Shown here: positions 36,589-48,111 of the stretch, piece by piece | Layout of the letters: each line of letters opens with the position of its first letter | Position numbering within the stretch: the first letter of the stretch is position 1 | Assembly (NCBI GenBank): GCA_963783695.1 | Contig: CAWAOM010000001.1 | Span: 481,938 to 545,937 of the forward strand | Source: an uncultured Gammaproteobacteria bacterium | GTDB lineage: Bacteria > Pseudomonadota > Gammaproteobacteria > Steroidobacterales > BM003 | Direction of reading: 5' to 3' | DNA: 64,000 nt | The notes under the pieces: generated by a model | What the model was told of the DNA's origin: nothing | Database searches by the model: none | Seen by the model: only the letters and a program-made list of their open reading frames with translations | Program-made: the position numbers and the translations under genes

Positions 36589-37482
36589 ATGCGTAAATTA
36601 CTTTTACTGGGGGCACTTGTCCCGCTGCTCGTACCTGCGCTGGCGCCAGCTCAGGACTTTGACAGTGTCGAGCTGAAAACCACTGCGGTGGGCGGCAGTG
36701 TGCACGCAATCTTCGGCCGGGGCGGCAATATCGGCGTGTCGGCAGGCGAGGACGGGGTATTTCTCATCGATGATCAGTTTGCGCCGCTGACTGACAAGAT
36801 CAAGACGCAGGTTGCCGCGCTTGGAGCGGGTGAAGTCCGTTTTATCGTGAATACCCATTGGCACTTCGATCACACGGGCGGCAACGAGATTTTCGCTGGT
36901 GACGGTGCGCTCATCGTGGCCCACGACAACGTGCGCGAGAGAATGAGCGTCGACCAGTTCATCGAGGCATTTGATCGCGAAGTGCCGGCATCACCCAAAA
37001 TCGCACTGCCGGTCGTGACGTTCGACGACGGCGTGACGTTCCACTTAAACGGCGACACGATCCGGGTCATTCATGTGCCGCGTGCACACACCGACGGCGA
37101 TGCGATCGTCTATTTTTCCGTTGCCAATGTCATTCATGCCGGCGATACGGTCTGGACCAGCGGTTATCCTTTTATCGATACGGGCAGCGGCGGCAGTATC
37201 GATGGCGTCATCGCGGCGACCGAGCGCATGCTGGAGCTTTCAGACAGCACGACGCGCATCATCCCGGGCCATGGTGAGCTGACAGATCGTGCGGGTCTCG
37301 CGGCATACCGCGACATGCTGGTGTCGGTTGCCACGGCCGTGCGCAGTCTCATCGGCGACGGGAAGAGTCTGCAACAGATCCAGGCTGCGAAGCCGACCGC
37401 GGCTTTTGACGAGAAATGGGGCAAGGGATCGTTCACGCCCGACAGGTGGGTGGCGATGGTGCACGAGGATCTCGCCCGCTGA
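36589..37482 (+). CDS. MBL-fold metallo-hydrolase, secreted
   Basis: Signal peptide MRKLLLLGALVPLLVPALAPAQD and the HxHxDH motif NTHWHFDHTGGN. GGGGAG RBS lies before the ATG at 36589. Confidence 0.88.
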   Translation: MRKLLLLGALVPLLVPALAPAQDFDSVELKTTAVGGSVHAIFGRGGNIGVSAGEDGVFLIDDQFAPLTDKIKTQVAALGAGEVRFIVNTHWHFDHTGGNEIFAGDGALIVAHDNVRERMSVDQFIEAFDREVPASPKIALPVVTFDDGVTFHLNGDTIRVIHVPRAHTDGDAIVYFSVANVIHAGDTVWTSGYPFIDTGSGGSIDGVIAATERMLELSDSTTRIIPGHGELTDRAGLAAYRDMLVSVATAVRSLIGDGKSLQQIQAAKPTAAFDEKWGKGSFTPDRWVAMVHEDLAR

Positions 37483-37520
37483 ATCTGATGCGCCGGGGCG
37501 ACGTGCCCCGGCGCAACCAG

Positions 37521-39071
37521 TCAGTTATCCAGGTCGAACGTAATGCCCTGCGCGAGCGGTAAATCGGTACCCCAGTTGATCGTGCTGGTCTGCCGCCGCA
37601 TGTAGGCTTTCCACGCGTCGGATCCGGATTCGCGACCGCCACCGGTCTCTTTCTCGCCGCCGAATGCGCCGCCGACTTCGGCACCCGATGTGCCGATATT
37701 GACGTTGGCGATACCACAGTCGCTGCCGAGCGCCGATAGGAAGCGTTCCGCATGCTGCACCTTGTCGGTAAAAATCGCCGACGACAGGCCCTGTGGAACG
37801 GCATTGTGCAACCTCAGCGCCTCATCCAGGTCGGCGACTTTGATCAGGTAGAGTATCGGCGCAAAAGTCTCGTTCTGGACGACGTCCCAGTCATTGTCGG
37901 CGGTCGCTATCGCCGGTTCGACAAAGTGACCTGGCCCGTCGATGCGCGCACCGCCGCACAGAACTTCGCCGCCTGCCTCGGTCACGGCGAGCACCGCTGC
38001 CTCGAAGCGTTCGACGGCGCTCTCGTCAATCAACGGACCCATCAAAGTACCCTCGGCCAACGGATCGCCGATGCGTACCTGTTTGTAGGCGTTGACCAGA
38101 TGGGTTTTCAGCTCTTCAAACCGGCTCTCATGCACCAGCACCCGGCGGGTTGTGGTACAGCGCTGACCTGCAGTGCCGACCGCGCCAAACACGATTGCCG
38201 GAACAGCGAGATCGAGATTGGCATGCTCATCCACGATAATCGCGTTATTGCCACCCAGTTCGAGAATCGATTTGCCCATTCGCGCGGCAACGCGCTGACC
38301 GACGGTGCGCCCGACCTCGCAAGAGCCGGTGAAAGAAATCAGCGCTACCCGGGGATCATCGACCAGCTTCTTTGCGAGTTCGTTGCCGTCCTCGACGATA
38401 AGCTGGAAAATCGGCGGGCAGCCCAGGTCTTCCAGCACCCGATTGCAGATATTTTGCACGGCGATCGCCGTAAGCGGCGTTTTCGGCGACGGTTTCCAGA
38501 TACTGATGTTGCCGCAGATTGCGGCAATAAACGCATTCCATGCCCAGACCGCTACAGGGAAATTGAATGCCGAGATGATCCCGGTGATGCCCAGCGGATG
38601 CCACTGCTCGTACATCCTGTGCTGCGGACGCTCGGAATGCATCGTTTTGCCATACAACATGCGTGACTGGCCGACCGCAAAATCTGCGATATCGATCATT
38701 TCCTGAACCTCGCCGTCGCCTTCGGCCTTGATCTTGCCCATTTCCAGCGCGACCAGGCTGCCCAGCGCATCCTTTTGCCGGCGCAGCTCTTCAGCTACGG
38801 CGCGCACGACTTCGCCGCGCTTTGGCGCCGGAACCGTGCGCCATTGACGAAATGCCAGCTCTGCCGACCGGATCACCGCCTCGTAGTCCTTCTCCGACGC
38901 CGGCGCAACCGAAGCCAGGGTCTTGCCGGTGCTGGGGTTGATCGAAACCAGCTTTTCCGCGCCGCTGTCGCCGCTCCATCCACTACTGCCGCAGTAGCAG
39001 CCATAATTCTCGTCGCGGAGTCCGAGCAACTCGAACATCCAGAACTTGCCGATAGCACGCGCAATCGTCAT
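37521..39071 (-). CDS. ALDH7-family aldehyde dehydrogenase (alpha-aminoadipic semialdehyde / piperideine-6-carboxylate dehydrogenase type)
   Basis: Near-colinear with human ALDH7A1 as recalled ([81 protein letters not shown]). Start could be the internal ATG at 39038. Confidence 0.9.
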   Translation of the reverse strand: MTIARAIGKFWMFELLGLRDENYGCYCGSSGWSGDSGAEKLVSINPSTGKTLASVAPASEKDYEAVIRSAELAFRQWRTVPAPKRGEVVRAVAEELRRQKDALGSLVALEMGKIKAEGDGEVQEMIDIADFAVGQSRMLYGKTMHSERPQHRMYEQWHPLGITGIISAFNFPVAVWAWNAFIAAICGNISIWKPSPKTPLTAIAVQNICNRVLEDLGCPPIFQLIVEDGNELAKKLVDDPRVALISFTGSCEVGRTVGQRVAARMGKSILELGGNNAIIVDEHANLDLAVPAIVFGAVGTAGQRCTTTRRVLVHESRFEELKTHLVNAYKQVRIGDPLAEGTLMGPLIDESAVERFEAAVLAVTEAGGEVLCGGARIDGPGHFVEPAIATADNDWDVVQNETFAPILYLIKVADLDEALRLHNAVPQGLSSAIFTDKVQHAERFLSALGSDCGIANVNIGTSGAEVGGAFGGEKETGGGRESGSDAWKAYMRRQTSTINWGTDLPLAQGITFDLDN

Positions 39072-39256
39072 GTCGAAACCCTCAAATGATCAGCCGTTCG
39101 CACCGCAGACCGCGGCGGCTCGTTGCAGGGGAGGCATTGTGCCAACCCGCAGCCGGTGGTTCCAGTAGGTCTTGGCTCCGAAGCCGGTCGCAGGTAGTCT
39201 GCGAGGTTCGACCGGACCACGCACGGGTGAGGTTTGCCCGGGGGAAGACAATCCAG

Positions 39257-40617
<1,361 letters not shown>

Positions 40618-40621
<4 letters not shown>

Positions 40622-41196
40622 TTGTGGCCGGACAGATAGCCGTCCAGTAGCCGCCAGGCCTGGCGGTTGGTCAGCATTCGGGTCGTGCCGGGTTGTAGCC
40701 CATCCAATCTGAACGGGCCGATCGCGCAGCGGATCAGCCTGAGCGTGGGAAAACCGACCGCCGCCGTCATTCTGCGTACCTGGCGGTTGCGGCCTTCGCG
40801 CAATTGCAGTTCGATCCAGCTGGTCGGGACGTTTTTTCGATAACGGATGGGTGGTTCCCGGCGCCACACTGCCGGCTCCGCGAGCGCCTGCGCCCGGCAT
40901 GGCAACGTCGCGCCGTCCGCAATGCTCACACCGCCGCGTAAACGCTGCAGCGCCTCTGTGTCGATGCTGCCCTCGACCTGGGCCCAGTAGATTTTCCAGC
41001 ACTGGCCCGGCTGGCTCAGGCGTGCCTGGAAGCGGCCATCGTCGGTCAGCGCCAGCAACCCCTCTGAGTCGCGGTCCAGCCGGCCGGCCGGATAGACGCC
41101 CGGCGTAGTGACATAATCTGCCAGCGTCGGCCGGCCATCACTGGCGCTGAACTGGCACAGCACGCCGACCGGTTTGTTAAGCAGTATCAAGGACAT
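40618..41196 (-). CDS. rluE: 23S rRNA pseudouridine synthase E
   Basis: [13 protein letters not shown], catalytic [17 protein letters not shown], and KIYWAQVEG, colinear with E. coli RluE as recalled. Confidence 0.85.
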
Positions 41197-41330
41197 GAGA
41201 ATCCATTGCTGGCGGCGTGACCTGGCTACGCCGGGTTAACCGACGGCTAATGTTGCAGCTAACCAAAGCGACGGTCTATTATGATGCGTTGCATCAAACG
41301 CCGCTGCTGCCCGGAGGGACGAAAAGGCAA

Positions 41331-42935
41331 ATGGACAAATCCGAGTCGAATCAACAGCTTCCTTGCAACGTTACCGGGCCGGTGTGTGCCGAGTTCGAAC
41401 CCATATTGTCTGCGGGCGCGCTTGAGTTTATCGCGCTATTGACGCGCCGTTTCCGCCCCCGGGTGGCGCAGTTGCTGGAAGCGCGAGAGCAGCGCCAGGC
41501 GCGCCTGGATGGCGGTGAGATGCCCGGCTTCCTTGCCGAGACCCGCGAGATTCGCGAGTCTGACTGGCGCGTCACTACCGTGCCGGCCGATCTTCAGGAC
41601 CGTCGCGTGGAAATCACCGGTCCCACCGAGCGGAAAATGGTAATCAATGCGCTCAACTCCGGTGCGCGCGTATTCATGGCTGACTGCGAGGATTCGCTGA
41701 GCCCGACCTGGGACAATATCGTCCGCGGTCAGATTAATCTCCGTGATGCCGTTGATCGCAGTATCGAGTTCACCAATCCCAACGGCAAGCAATACCGCCT
41801 TAACCCGGATATCGCGACATTGATCGTGCGTCCGCGCGGCTGGCATCTGAACGAGAAAAATATTGCCGTGGATGGTGAGGTCGTGCCGGGCGCATTCGTC
41901 GATTTCGGTCTTTACCTCTTTCACAACGCGCGCACGCTGATTGATGCCGGTACCGGGCCCTATTTTTATCTGCCCAAACTGGAGAGCCATCTTGAGGCGA
42001 GATTGTGGGCGGATGTGTTCAGGTTCAGCGAAGAACATCTTGCCTTGCCGGCATCGACAATCAAGGCGACCGTGCTGATCGAGACGATACTCGCTGCATT
42101 CGAGATGGACGAAATCCTCTATGAGCTGCGCGATTTTATCGTCGGGTTGAACTGCGGGCGGTGGGACTACATTTTCAGTTTCATCAAACGCTTCCGCAAC
42201 AATCCGCAATTCGTGATGCCTGACCGTCATGATGTCGGGATGACGCGTCATTTCCTGCGCTCTTATTCGCAGCTTCTGATCAAGACATGTCATCATCGCG
42301 GCGCTTTTGCGATGGGTGGGATGGCCGCGCAGATTCCGATCAAGAACGATCCGGAGGCAAACGAAATCGCGCTCGAAAAAGTGCGCCAGGATAAAGAACG
42401 TGAAGCCGGAGACGGGCACGATGGCACCTGGGTGGCACACCCGGGCCTGGTGCCGATTGCCATGGAGATTTTCGACCGCCACATGCCGCAGGCAAATCAA
42501 CTCGACCGGTTGCGTGAAGATGTCACTGTCGACGCGGCCGATTTGCTCAAAGTGCCACACGGCGAGATAACCGAAGCTGGCGTTCGCAGCAACATCAATG
42601 TCGCCATTCAGTACCTTGCGGCGTGGCTTGACGGCAACGGTTGCGTGCCGATCAACAACCTGATGGAGGATGCGGCAACAGCCGAGATCAGCCGTGCCCA
42701 GATCTGGCAGTGGCTGCGCCACCCCGGCGGGGTTCTCAGCGACGGCAGACGGGTCACCATCGAGTTGTTTGACGGACTGATGAGCGAGGAGATGGAGGCG
42801 CTGGCCGAGCAACTCGGCCAGGATGTCTTCGCTGCGGGCAAGTACGAGCAGGCCCGCGATCTGATGCGCGAGATTACTGTGGCTGATGAGTTTGTTGAGT
42901 TCATCACGCTGCCGGGTTACGAACGAATCGATTAA
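41331..42935 (+). CDS. aceB: Malate synthase A
   Basis: 534 aa from the ATG at 41331. [43 protein letters not shown] and [12 protein letters not shown] motifs. Confidence 0.95.
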   Translation: MDKSESNQQLPCNVTGPVCAEFEPILSAGALEFIALLTRRFRPRVAQLLEAREQRQARLDGGEMPGFLAETREIRESDWRVTTVPADLQDRRVEITGPTERKMVINALNSGARVFMADCEDSLSPTWDNIVRGQINLRDAVDRSIEFTNPNGKQYRLNPDIATLIVRPRGWHLNEKNIAVDGEVVPGAFVDFGLYLFHNARTLIDAGTGPYFYLPKLESHLEARLWADVFRFSEEHLALPASTIKATVLIETILAAFEMDEILYELRDFIVGLNCGRWDYIFSFIKRFRNNPQFVMPDRHDVGMTRHFLRSYSQLLIKTCHHRGAFAMGGMAAQIPIKNDPEANEIALEKVRQDKEREAGDGHDGTWVAHPGLVPIAMEIFDRHMPQANQLDRLREDVTVDAADLLKVPHGEITEAGVRSNINVAIQYLAAWLDGNGCVPINNLMEDAATAEISRAQIWQWLRHPGGVLSDGRRVTIELFDGLMSEEMEALAEQLGQDVFAAGKYEQARDLMREITVADEFVEFITLPGYERID

Positions 42936-42969
42936 GACGTATTTCACGATTACCGCAGGAGAAGAGAGC

Positions 42970-44250
42970 ATGAAGAGCGCTGAGCAGTTGCAAAAGGAAT
43001 GGCAGGAAAGCCCCCGTTGGGCAGGCGTGGAACGCCCGTACACCGCCGCGGATGTGCTGCGCCTCAGCGGCACGGTGCAGATCGATCACACGCTCGCACG
43101 CCTTGGCGCCGAGAAGCTGTGGGGGTATCTGCAGGAGAAGGAATTCACCAATGCCCTCGGTGCGCTGACCGGCAACCAGGCAATGCAGCAGGTCAAAGCC
43201 GGCCTGAAAGCGATCTACCTGTCCGGCTGGCAGGTCGCGGGCGACGCGAACCTGTCCGGCGAGATGTATCCCGACCAGTCGCTTTACCCGGCGAACTCGG
43301 TGCCGGCGGTTATCAAGCGCATCAATAACACACTGATGCGGGCCGATCAGATTCATCATGCCGAAGGTGACGACAGCGTCGACTGGATGCAGCCGATCGT
43401 GGCTGATGCCGAGGCTGGCTTCGGTGGTGTGCTCAACGCTTTTGAACTGATGAAACAGATGATCGAGGCTGGCGCGGCCGGCGTGCACTTCGAGGATCAG
43501 CTGTCGTCGGCGAAAAAATGTGGCCACATGGGCGGCAAGGTCCTGGTGCCGACCCAGGAGGCAGTGAACAAGCTGGTTGCCGCCCGCATGGCGGCCGACG
43601 TGTGTGGTGTGCCGACTGTCCTGGTTGCACGCACCGATGCCGATGCAGCCAACCTGCTTACTGCCGATGTCGATGAGCGTGATCGTCCGTTTATTCAGGG
43701 CGAACGCACCGCCGAGGGTTTCTTCCGGGTCAATGCCGGTCTCGACCAGGCGATTTCGCGCGGCCTGGCCTACGCGCCGTATGCCGACCTGATCTGGTGC
43801 GAGACTTCGGTGCCTGATCTCGACCAGGCGCGCAAGTTCTCCGAGACCATCCGCAAGGAGTTCCCGGAACAAATGCTGGCCTATAACTGTTCGCCGTCGT
43901 TCAACTGGAAACGTCACCTCGACGACGCCACGATCGCGAAATTCCAGCGTGAACTGGCGGCGATGGGTTACAAGTTCCAGTTCATTACTCTGGCCGGTTT
44001 CCACGCTCTCAACTACAGCATGTTCCAGTTGGCCTCTGGCTACCGCGATACGCAGATGAAGGCCTATGTAGAGCTTCAGGAAGCGGAATTTGCGGCCGAG
44101 AAAGACGGCTACACCGCGACCAAGCATCAGCGCGAGGTCGGTGCCGGTTATTTCGATGCGGTCACGCAGGCGGTTACTGCGGGCACCAGTTCGATTACCG
44201 CTTTGGCCGGATCGACCGAGGAAGAGCAGTTCGAAGAGGCGACGGGCTAA
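42970..44250 (+). CDS. aceA: Isocitrate lyase
   Basis: [13 protein letters not shown] signature, [14 protein letters not shown] and ADLIWCETS. The ATG at 42970 lies 34 nt after aceB. Confidence 0.97.
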   Translation: MKSAEQLQKEWQESPRWAGVERPYTAADVLRLSGTVQIDHTLARLGAEKLWGYLQEKEFTNALGALTGNQAMQQVKAGLKAIYLSGWQVAGDANLSGEMYPDQSLYPANSVPAVIKRINNTLMRADQIHHAEGDDSVDWMQPIVADAEAGFGGVLNAFELMKQMIEAGAAGVHFEDQLSSAKKCGHMGGKVLVPTQEAVNKLVAARMAADVCGVPTVLVARTDADAANLLTADVDERDRPFIQGERTAEGFFRVNAGLDQAISRGLAYAPYADLIWCETSVPDLDQARKFSETIRKEFPEQMLAYNCSPSFNWKRHLDDATIAKFQRELAAMGYKFQFITLAGFHALNYSMFQLASGYRDTQMKAYVELQEAEFAAEKDGYTATKHQREVGAGYFDAVTQAVTAGTSSITALAGSTEEEQFEEATG

Positions 44251-44277
44251 ACCGACGCCGGCTGGGTAAGATTGCCG

Positions 44278-44311
44278 ATGGGGCGGACGCATGAGTCCGC
44301 CCCATTGGTTT
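44278..44311 (+). terminator. Putative Rho-independent terminator after aceA
   Basis: Perfect 11-bp stem atggggcggac/gtccgccccat with loop gcatga, followed by an interrupted T-tract tggttt. Confidence 0.45.
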
Positions 44312-44336
44312 GGATTGACAGCAAACGGGTAGGACT

Positions 44337-46124
44337 ATGAGCGATTACTACGCGCCAACGCGCGATATGCGTTTTCTGATTCACGATGTTCTTGATCTCG
44401 AGTCGGTCAATGCGCTTCCGGGTTACGAAGAAGCCAGCGCCGATATCGTTGACGCCGTCCTCGAAGAGGCAGGGTTACTTGCGAACGGCGTGCTCGCGCC
44501 GACCAACAGGCTTGGCGACACTCAGGGTGCCCGCGTCGAAAACAACGGGGTCATAGTCGCTGACGAATTCAAAGAGGCTTATCGCCAGTACCAGGAAAGC
44601 GGCTGGCCGGCCTTGTCCATGAAGCCGGAGTACGGAGGCCAGGGACTGCCGCATCTGATCGGCACCGCGGTCGAGGAAATGTGGCAGTCGGCCAATCTCG
44701 CATTCTCGTTGTGTCCGCTGCTGACCCAGGGCGCTATTTCGGCGATTTCGGCGCATGGAAGCCAGGATTTGAAAGACACCTATCTCGAGAAAATGGTCAG
44801 CGGCGAATGGACCGGCACGATGAATCTAACCGAGCCGCAGGCCGGTTCGGATCTCGCCGCACTGCGCTGCCAGGCGCAGCGTGAGGGCGACCATTACCGG
44901 ATCACCGGGCAGAAGATCTATATCACCTGGGGCGATCACGAGATGACCGACAACATCGTTCATCTTGTGCTGGCACGACTGCCCGACGCGCCTGACGGGG
45001 TGCGTGGCATCTCGTTGTTCCTGGTGCCGAAATTCCTGGTCAATGGCGACGGCTCTCCGGGCGAGCGCAATGACGTCTACCCGATCTCGGTTGAACACAA
45101 GCTCGGCATCCATGGCAGCCCGACCTGCGTGATGGCCTTTGGCGGTAAAGGCGAGGGTGCAATCGGCTACCTGGTGGGAGAGGAAAACAAGGGCCTGGCC
45201 GGCATGTTCACGATGATGAACCATGCCCGACTCAGTGTTGGTCTTGAAGGCGTGTCGATTTCCGAGCGCGCTTACCAGCTTGCGTTGAGCTATGCGAAGG
45301 ACCGGGTTCAGGGCAACGTGCCGGGTAAGCCCGGGCGTGTCACGATCATCAACCATCCGGATGTGCGGCGCATGCTGATGTTCATGAAGGCGCAGACCGA
45401 AGCCATGCGTGCGCTTGCTTATTCCACTGCCGCGGCAATGGATCATGCCGAACATGGCAGCGATCCCGAGTTGAGCGCGGTTCGCCAGGCACGCGTCGAT
45501 CTGCTGACTCCGATCGTAAAAGGCTGGTGCACCGAGATGTGCCAGGAAGTGACTTACTGGGGTATCCAGATTCACGGCGGAATGGGGTTTGTCGAGGAAA
45601 CCGGTGCTGCGCAGCATTATCGTGACGCTCGAATCACGACGATCTACGAGGGAACGACCGGCATCCAGGCCAATGATCTCGTCGGGCGGAAATTGCTGCG
45701 CGACGGCGGCAAGGCAATGAGCGAGTTGCTTGCCGAGATTCGCGATTTTATCGATGCGACCGATGGCAGTGTGTCGCCACATCTCGATTGCATGTTGACC
45801 GAGCTGGGGCGCGGTGTCGATAACCTCGAGACTGCCGTAAAGAGCATTTTTGCCGGGTACGAAGCCGATATGTCGCTACCGGGTTCGGTGGCGTTCAGCC
45901 TGTTGATGCTGGGAGGTGTCGTGACCGGCGGTTACGAACTGGCGCGCAGCGCGGTCAGGGCCGCGGCCAAGCTCGAAGCCGGCCAGGACAAGGACTTTTA
46001 CGAGGCCAAGCTCGTCACGGCGCGGTTCTTCGCCGAGCATATCCTTACCCGCGGCCACGGCTATCTCGCGTCAGTTAGCGCCGGTTCGGCCAGCACAATG
46101 GGACTGAGCGAGGCGCAGTTCTAG
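44337..46124 (+). CDS. Long-type acyl-CoA dehydrogenase (~595 aa, with C-terminal extension domain)
   Basis: ACAD N/M/C domain pattern (GWPALSMKPEYGGQGLP, LTEPQAGSDL, ITWGDHEMTDNIVHLVLAR, YEGTTGIQANDLVGRK). Confidence 0.9.
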   Translation: MSDYYAPTRDMRFLIHDVLDLESVNALPGYEEASADIVDAVLEEAGLLANGVLAPTNRLGDTQGARVENNGVIVADEFKEAYRQYQESGWPALSMKPEYGGQGLPHLIGTAVEEMWQSANLAFSLCPLLTQGAISAISAHGSQDLKDTYLEKMVSGEWTGTMNLTEPQAGSDLAALRCQAQREGDHYRITGQKIYITWGDHEMTDNIVHLVLARLPDAPDGVRGISLFLVPKFLVNGDGSPGERNDVYPISVEHKLGIHGSPTCVMAFGGKGEGAIGYLVGEENKGLAGMFTMMNHARLSVGLEGVSISERAYQLALSYAKDRVQGNVPGKPGRVTIINHPDVRRMLMFMKAQTEAMRALAYSTAAAMDHAEHGSDPELSAVRQARVDLLTPIVKGWCTEMCQEVTYWGIQIHGGMGFVEETGAAQHYRDARITTIYEGTTGIQANDLVGRKLLRDGGKAMSELLAEIRDFIDATDGSVSPHLDCMLTELGRGVDNLETAVKSIFAGYEADMSLPGSVAFSLLMLGGVVTGGYELARSAVRAAAKLEAGQDKDFYEAKLVTARFFAEHILTRGHGYLASVSAGSASTMGLSEAQF

Positions 46125-46142
46125 GTCTTTGGCGCGGTGGCT

Positions 46143-46685
46143 CTAGCCGAAAAGTCGCCAGCCGCGGTGGCGCCGGCGTCGCATTGCGTCGCGGCGCCTC
46201 CGCATTCTGTCCTGCAGCATTTCGCGTTTCGCGATAAGCCAGTCGCGACGGGTGAAGTCGTGTTGCGCTACCCGCCGTTCGGAACGGAAAGCGCAGAAAT
46301 CCTCATAAGCATGGATCTCGTGCTGGAGTTCGCGGACCAGTAGTTCGATCAGTATTGCATCGTCGAGAAAACCCAGAACCGGGGTACCGTCGGGAATCAG
46401 GTCCTCTCCGGTATTGAGGTAGGCCAGTGCGGTCAGCACCCGACGCCGATCTTTCGTCGGCAGCTGCCAGTCGCTGTCTTCGACCATCCGAATCAACAGC
46501 TCGACCCGGTTGAGGCGTTCCTCGACGAATTTGGGAGGCTTCGCCTGGGACGCCGAATTAACCAGACTCCGTGCCGCGGCGATTACCGCCACGGGCTCGT
46601 CCAGCACAGGTTTCGCCTGGGCCATGATCTGGCGCAGATGTTTGAGGTCGGAATCGTCCAGGTCAAACGAAATTCGAACTGTCAC
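46143..46685 (-). CDS. DUF1232 (YkvA-like) domain protein
   Basis: LTALAYLNTGEDLIPDGTPVLGFLDDAIL matches the DUF1232 core motif (DLIPD..P.lGflDD). Confidence 0.65.
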   Translation of the reverse strand: MTVRISFDLDDSDLKHLRQIMAQAKPVLDEPVAVIAAARSLVNSASQAKPPKFVEERLNRVELLIRMVEDSDWQLPTKDRRRVLTALAYLNTGEDLIPDGTPVLGFLDDAILIELLVRELQHEIHAYEDFCAFRSERRVAQHDFTRRDWLIAKREMLQDRMRRRRDAMRRRRHRGWRLFG

Positions 46686-46736
46686 TGCATTGCTCTCCTG
46701 CGTTTATTGGTTTTTTGCTGTTACAGGCCGGGATGC

Positions 46737-47648
46737 CTAAGTGTAGTTCGCAGCAACGGGGTCTGCAGGGACGATTCGAAGCAGGGAGAATTGTGCAGTG
46801 CGTTTGCTGGTTTCGGCGCCGCAGCTGGCCCGGGACTGAATGTACTCCCGTCTGACCGCGATAGTGAATGACTTCCCGGTTGCGCCACAGCGGAATGTGG
46901 TGGTGCTCGTGTCCTGGTCGGGATCGCTGCTGTCGATGAGCTGCAGGCGGTCAGGGTTCGCCAGTACCCGCGAATTCAGCAGAAAACACTCCGCCGCCTG
47001 CACCGATGGCGCATAGGCACTGCGTCCGCGCAGATGCTCAAGGGCGCTATTACGATCGCCATGCATCGCCACGGCTTCGGCCGGAGACAGCCGCCCGAAA
47101 CACAACCCTTCGGGCAGCGACATGATGACGGGCGCCAGCCGGTGGCCGCCAAGATGGGTCGTCTGCCACACGTCTTGCGGCGCCACCGCACGCAACGCGT
47201 CGTAAACCGGACCGCCAAATCGTGCGCAACAGGCATCGCGTCGGCCGTTGGTGCATACCAGCACAATCGGTTGCAGGTTCACGGTGTCGCACTGGGGCAG
47301 GGGATCCAGGCGGAGATGGGCGAGTTCGTGGTGCTCCATGACGGTCGTCCCTACCAGGCGCTGCCGGGTGGGGCGGGTGTCGGCAACCGCCAGCAGAAGC
47401 GGCGCGTTGCGCCTGCCGCGCTGCTTGATGAACTGGGTTCGCGGCCGCAGCCCGTTTTTGCGCAGGGCCTGCTCCTGATCCTCGATCCAGGCGCCCACAG
47501 CCGCCGGCAAAGAGTTGTCGGCGATGGCCCTGGCGTTCCACGACGCGCGGTATTCAATCAGGATCCAGATGTCGGCTTGCGGCGCCGAGCCAAAAAGTGA
47601 CTCTCCGGCGGTCAGGGCTGATTGCGAGCAGTAGACATCTTTTGTCAA
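46737..47648 (-). CDS. Sucrase/ferredoxin-like (thioredoxin-like [2Fe-2S]) family protein
   Basis: VLVCTNGRRDACCARFG and THLGGHRLAPVIMSLPEGLCFGRL motifs. Start proposed at TTG 47648, preceded by ACGGAGGC plus a 5-nt spacer. The ORF is open up to 47747. Confidence 0.65.
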   Translation of the reverse strand: MTKDVYCSQSALTAGESLFGSAPQADIWILIEYRASWNARAIADNSLPAAVGAWIEDQEQALRKNGLRPRTQFIKQRGRRNAPLLLAVADTRPTRQRLVGTTVMEHHELAHLRLDPLPQCDTVNLQPIVLVCTNGRRDACCARFGGPVYDALRAVAPQDVWQTTHLGGHRLAPVIMSLPEGLCFGRLSPAEAVAMHGDRNSALEHLRGRSAYAPSVQAAECFLLNSRVLANPDRLQLIDSSDPDQDTSTTTFRCGATGKSFTIAVRREYIQSRASCGAETSKRTAQFSLLRIVPADPVAANYT

Positions 47649-48111
47649 TTTTGCCTCCGTCGTTTTGGACAGGCAGATGAATTCGGCACGACCGCAGCCC
47701 GTTATCGCCCACGACGATTCGCGCGTGGGTGGCCAGCGACCGGTCACTGAAAACCCGAATAGTAGCGCACTAGGGGAGTCGCACTACCGCCAGTTCACCG
47801 GGCTGTTTTTTCGCGACTGACCTTCTGCTGTTGCGGTTGTTGTTTTTTCCGTGCTGGCCGCTGCGCGCCGGCCCGTCATGGTTATCCTGCCGGTGTCGTT
47901 CGCGCCTGCGGATCTGCTCCAGCGCGGTTGGAGTGGAGCGTGGGGTAGGGAGCGATCAGCCGCCATAACCGGCGCGGACGACAGCCATGCCGCGTCGAGC
48001 TGCCGCGATACAGAATGCTAGTATCCCGGGTGCTCGTGCGGTTCCTGGCACCGTGCGGCAGCGCCGGCGCATACGTGATTGGCGGGGCAACCGATTTCCG
48101 GGGTACGTTGG

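Noticed and set aside
41436-44292. 545-aa and 462-aa minus-strand ORFs antisense to aceB and aceA
   Set aside because: These are shadow ORFs opposite two unambiguous enzymes. Their translations have no motifs and atypical composition.
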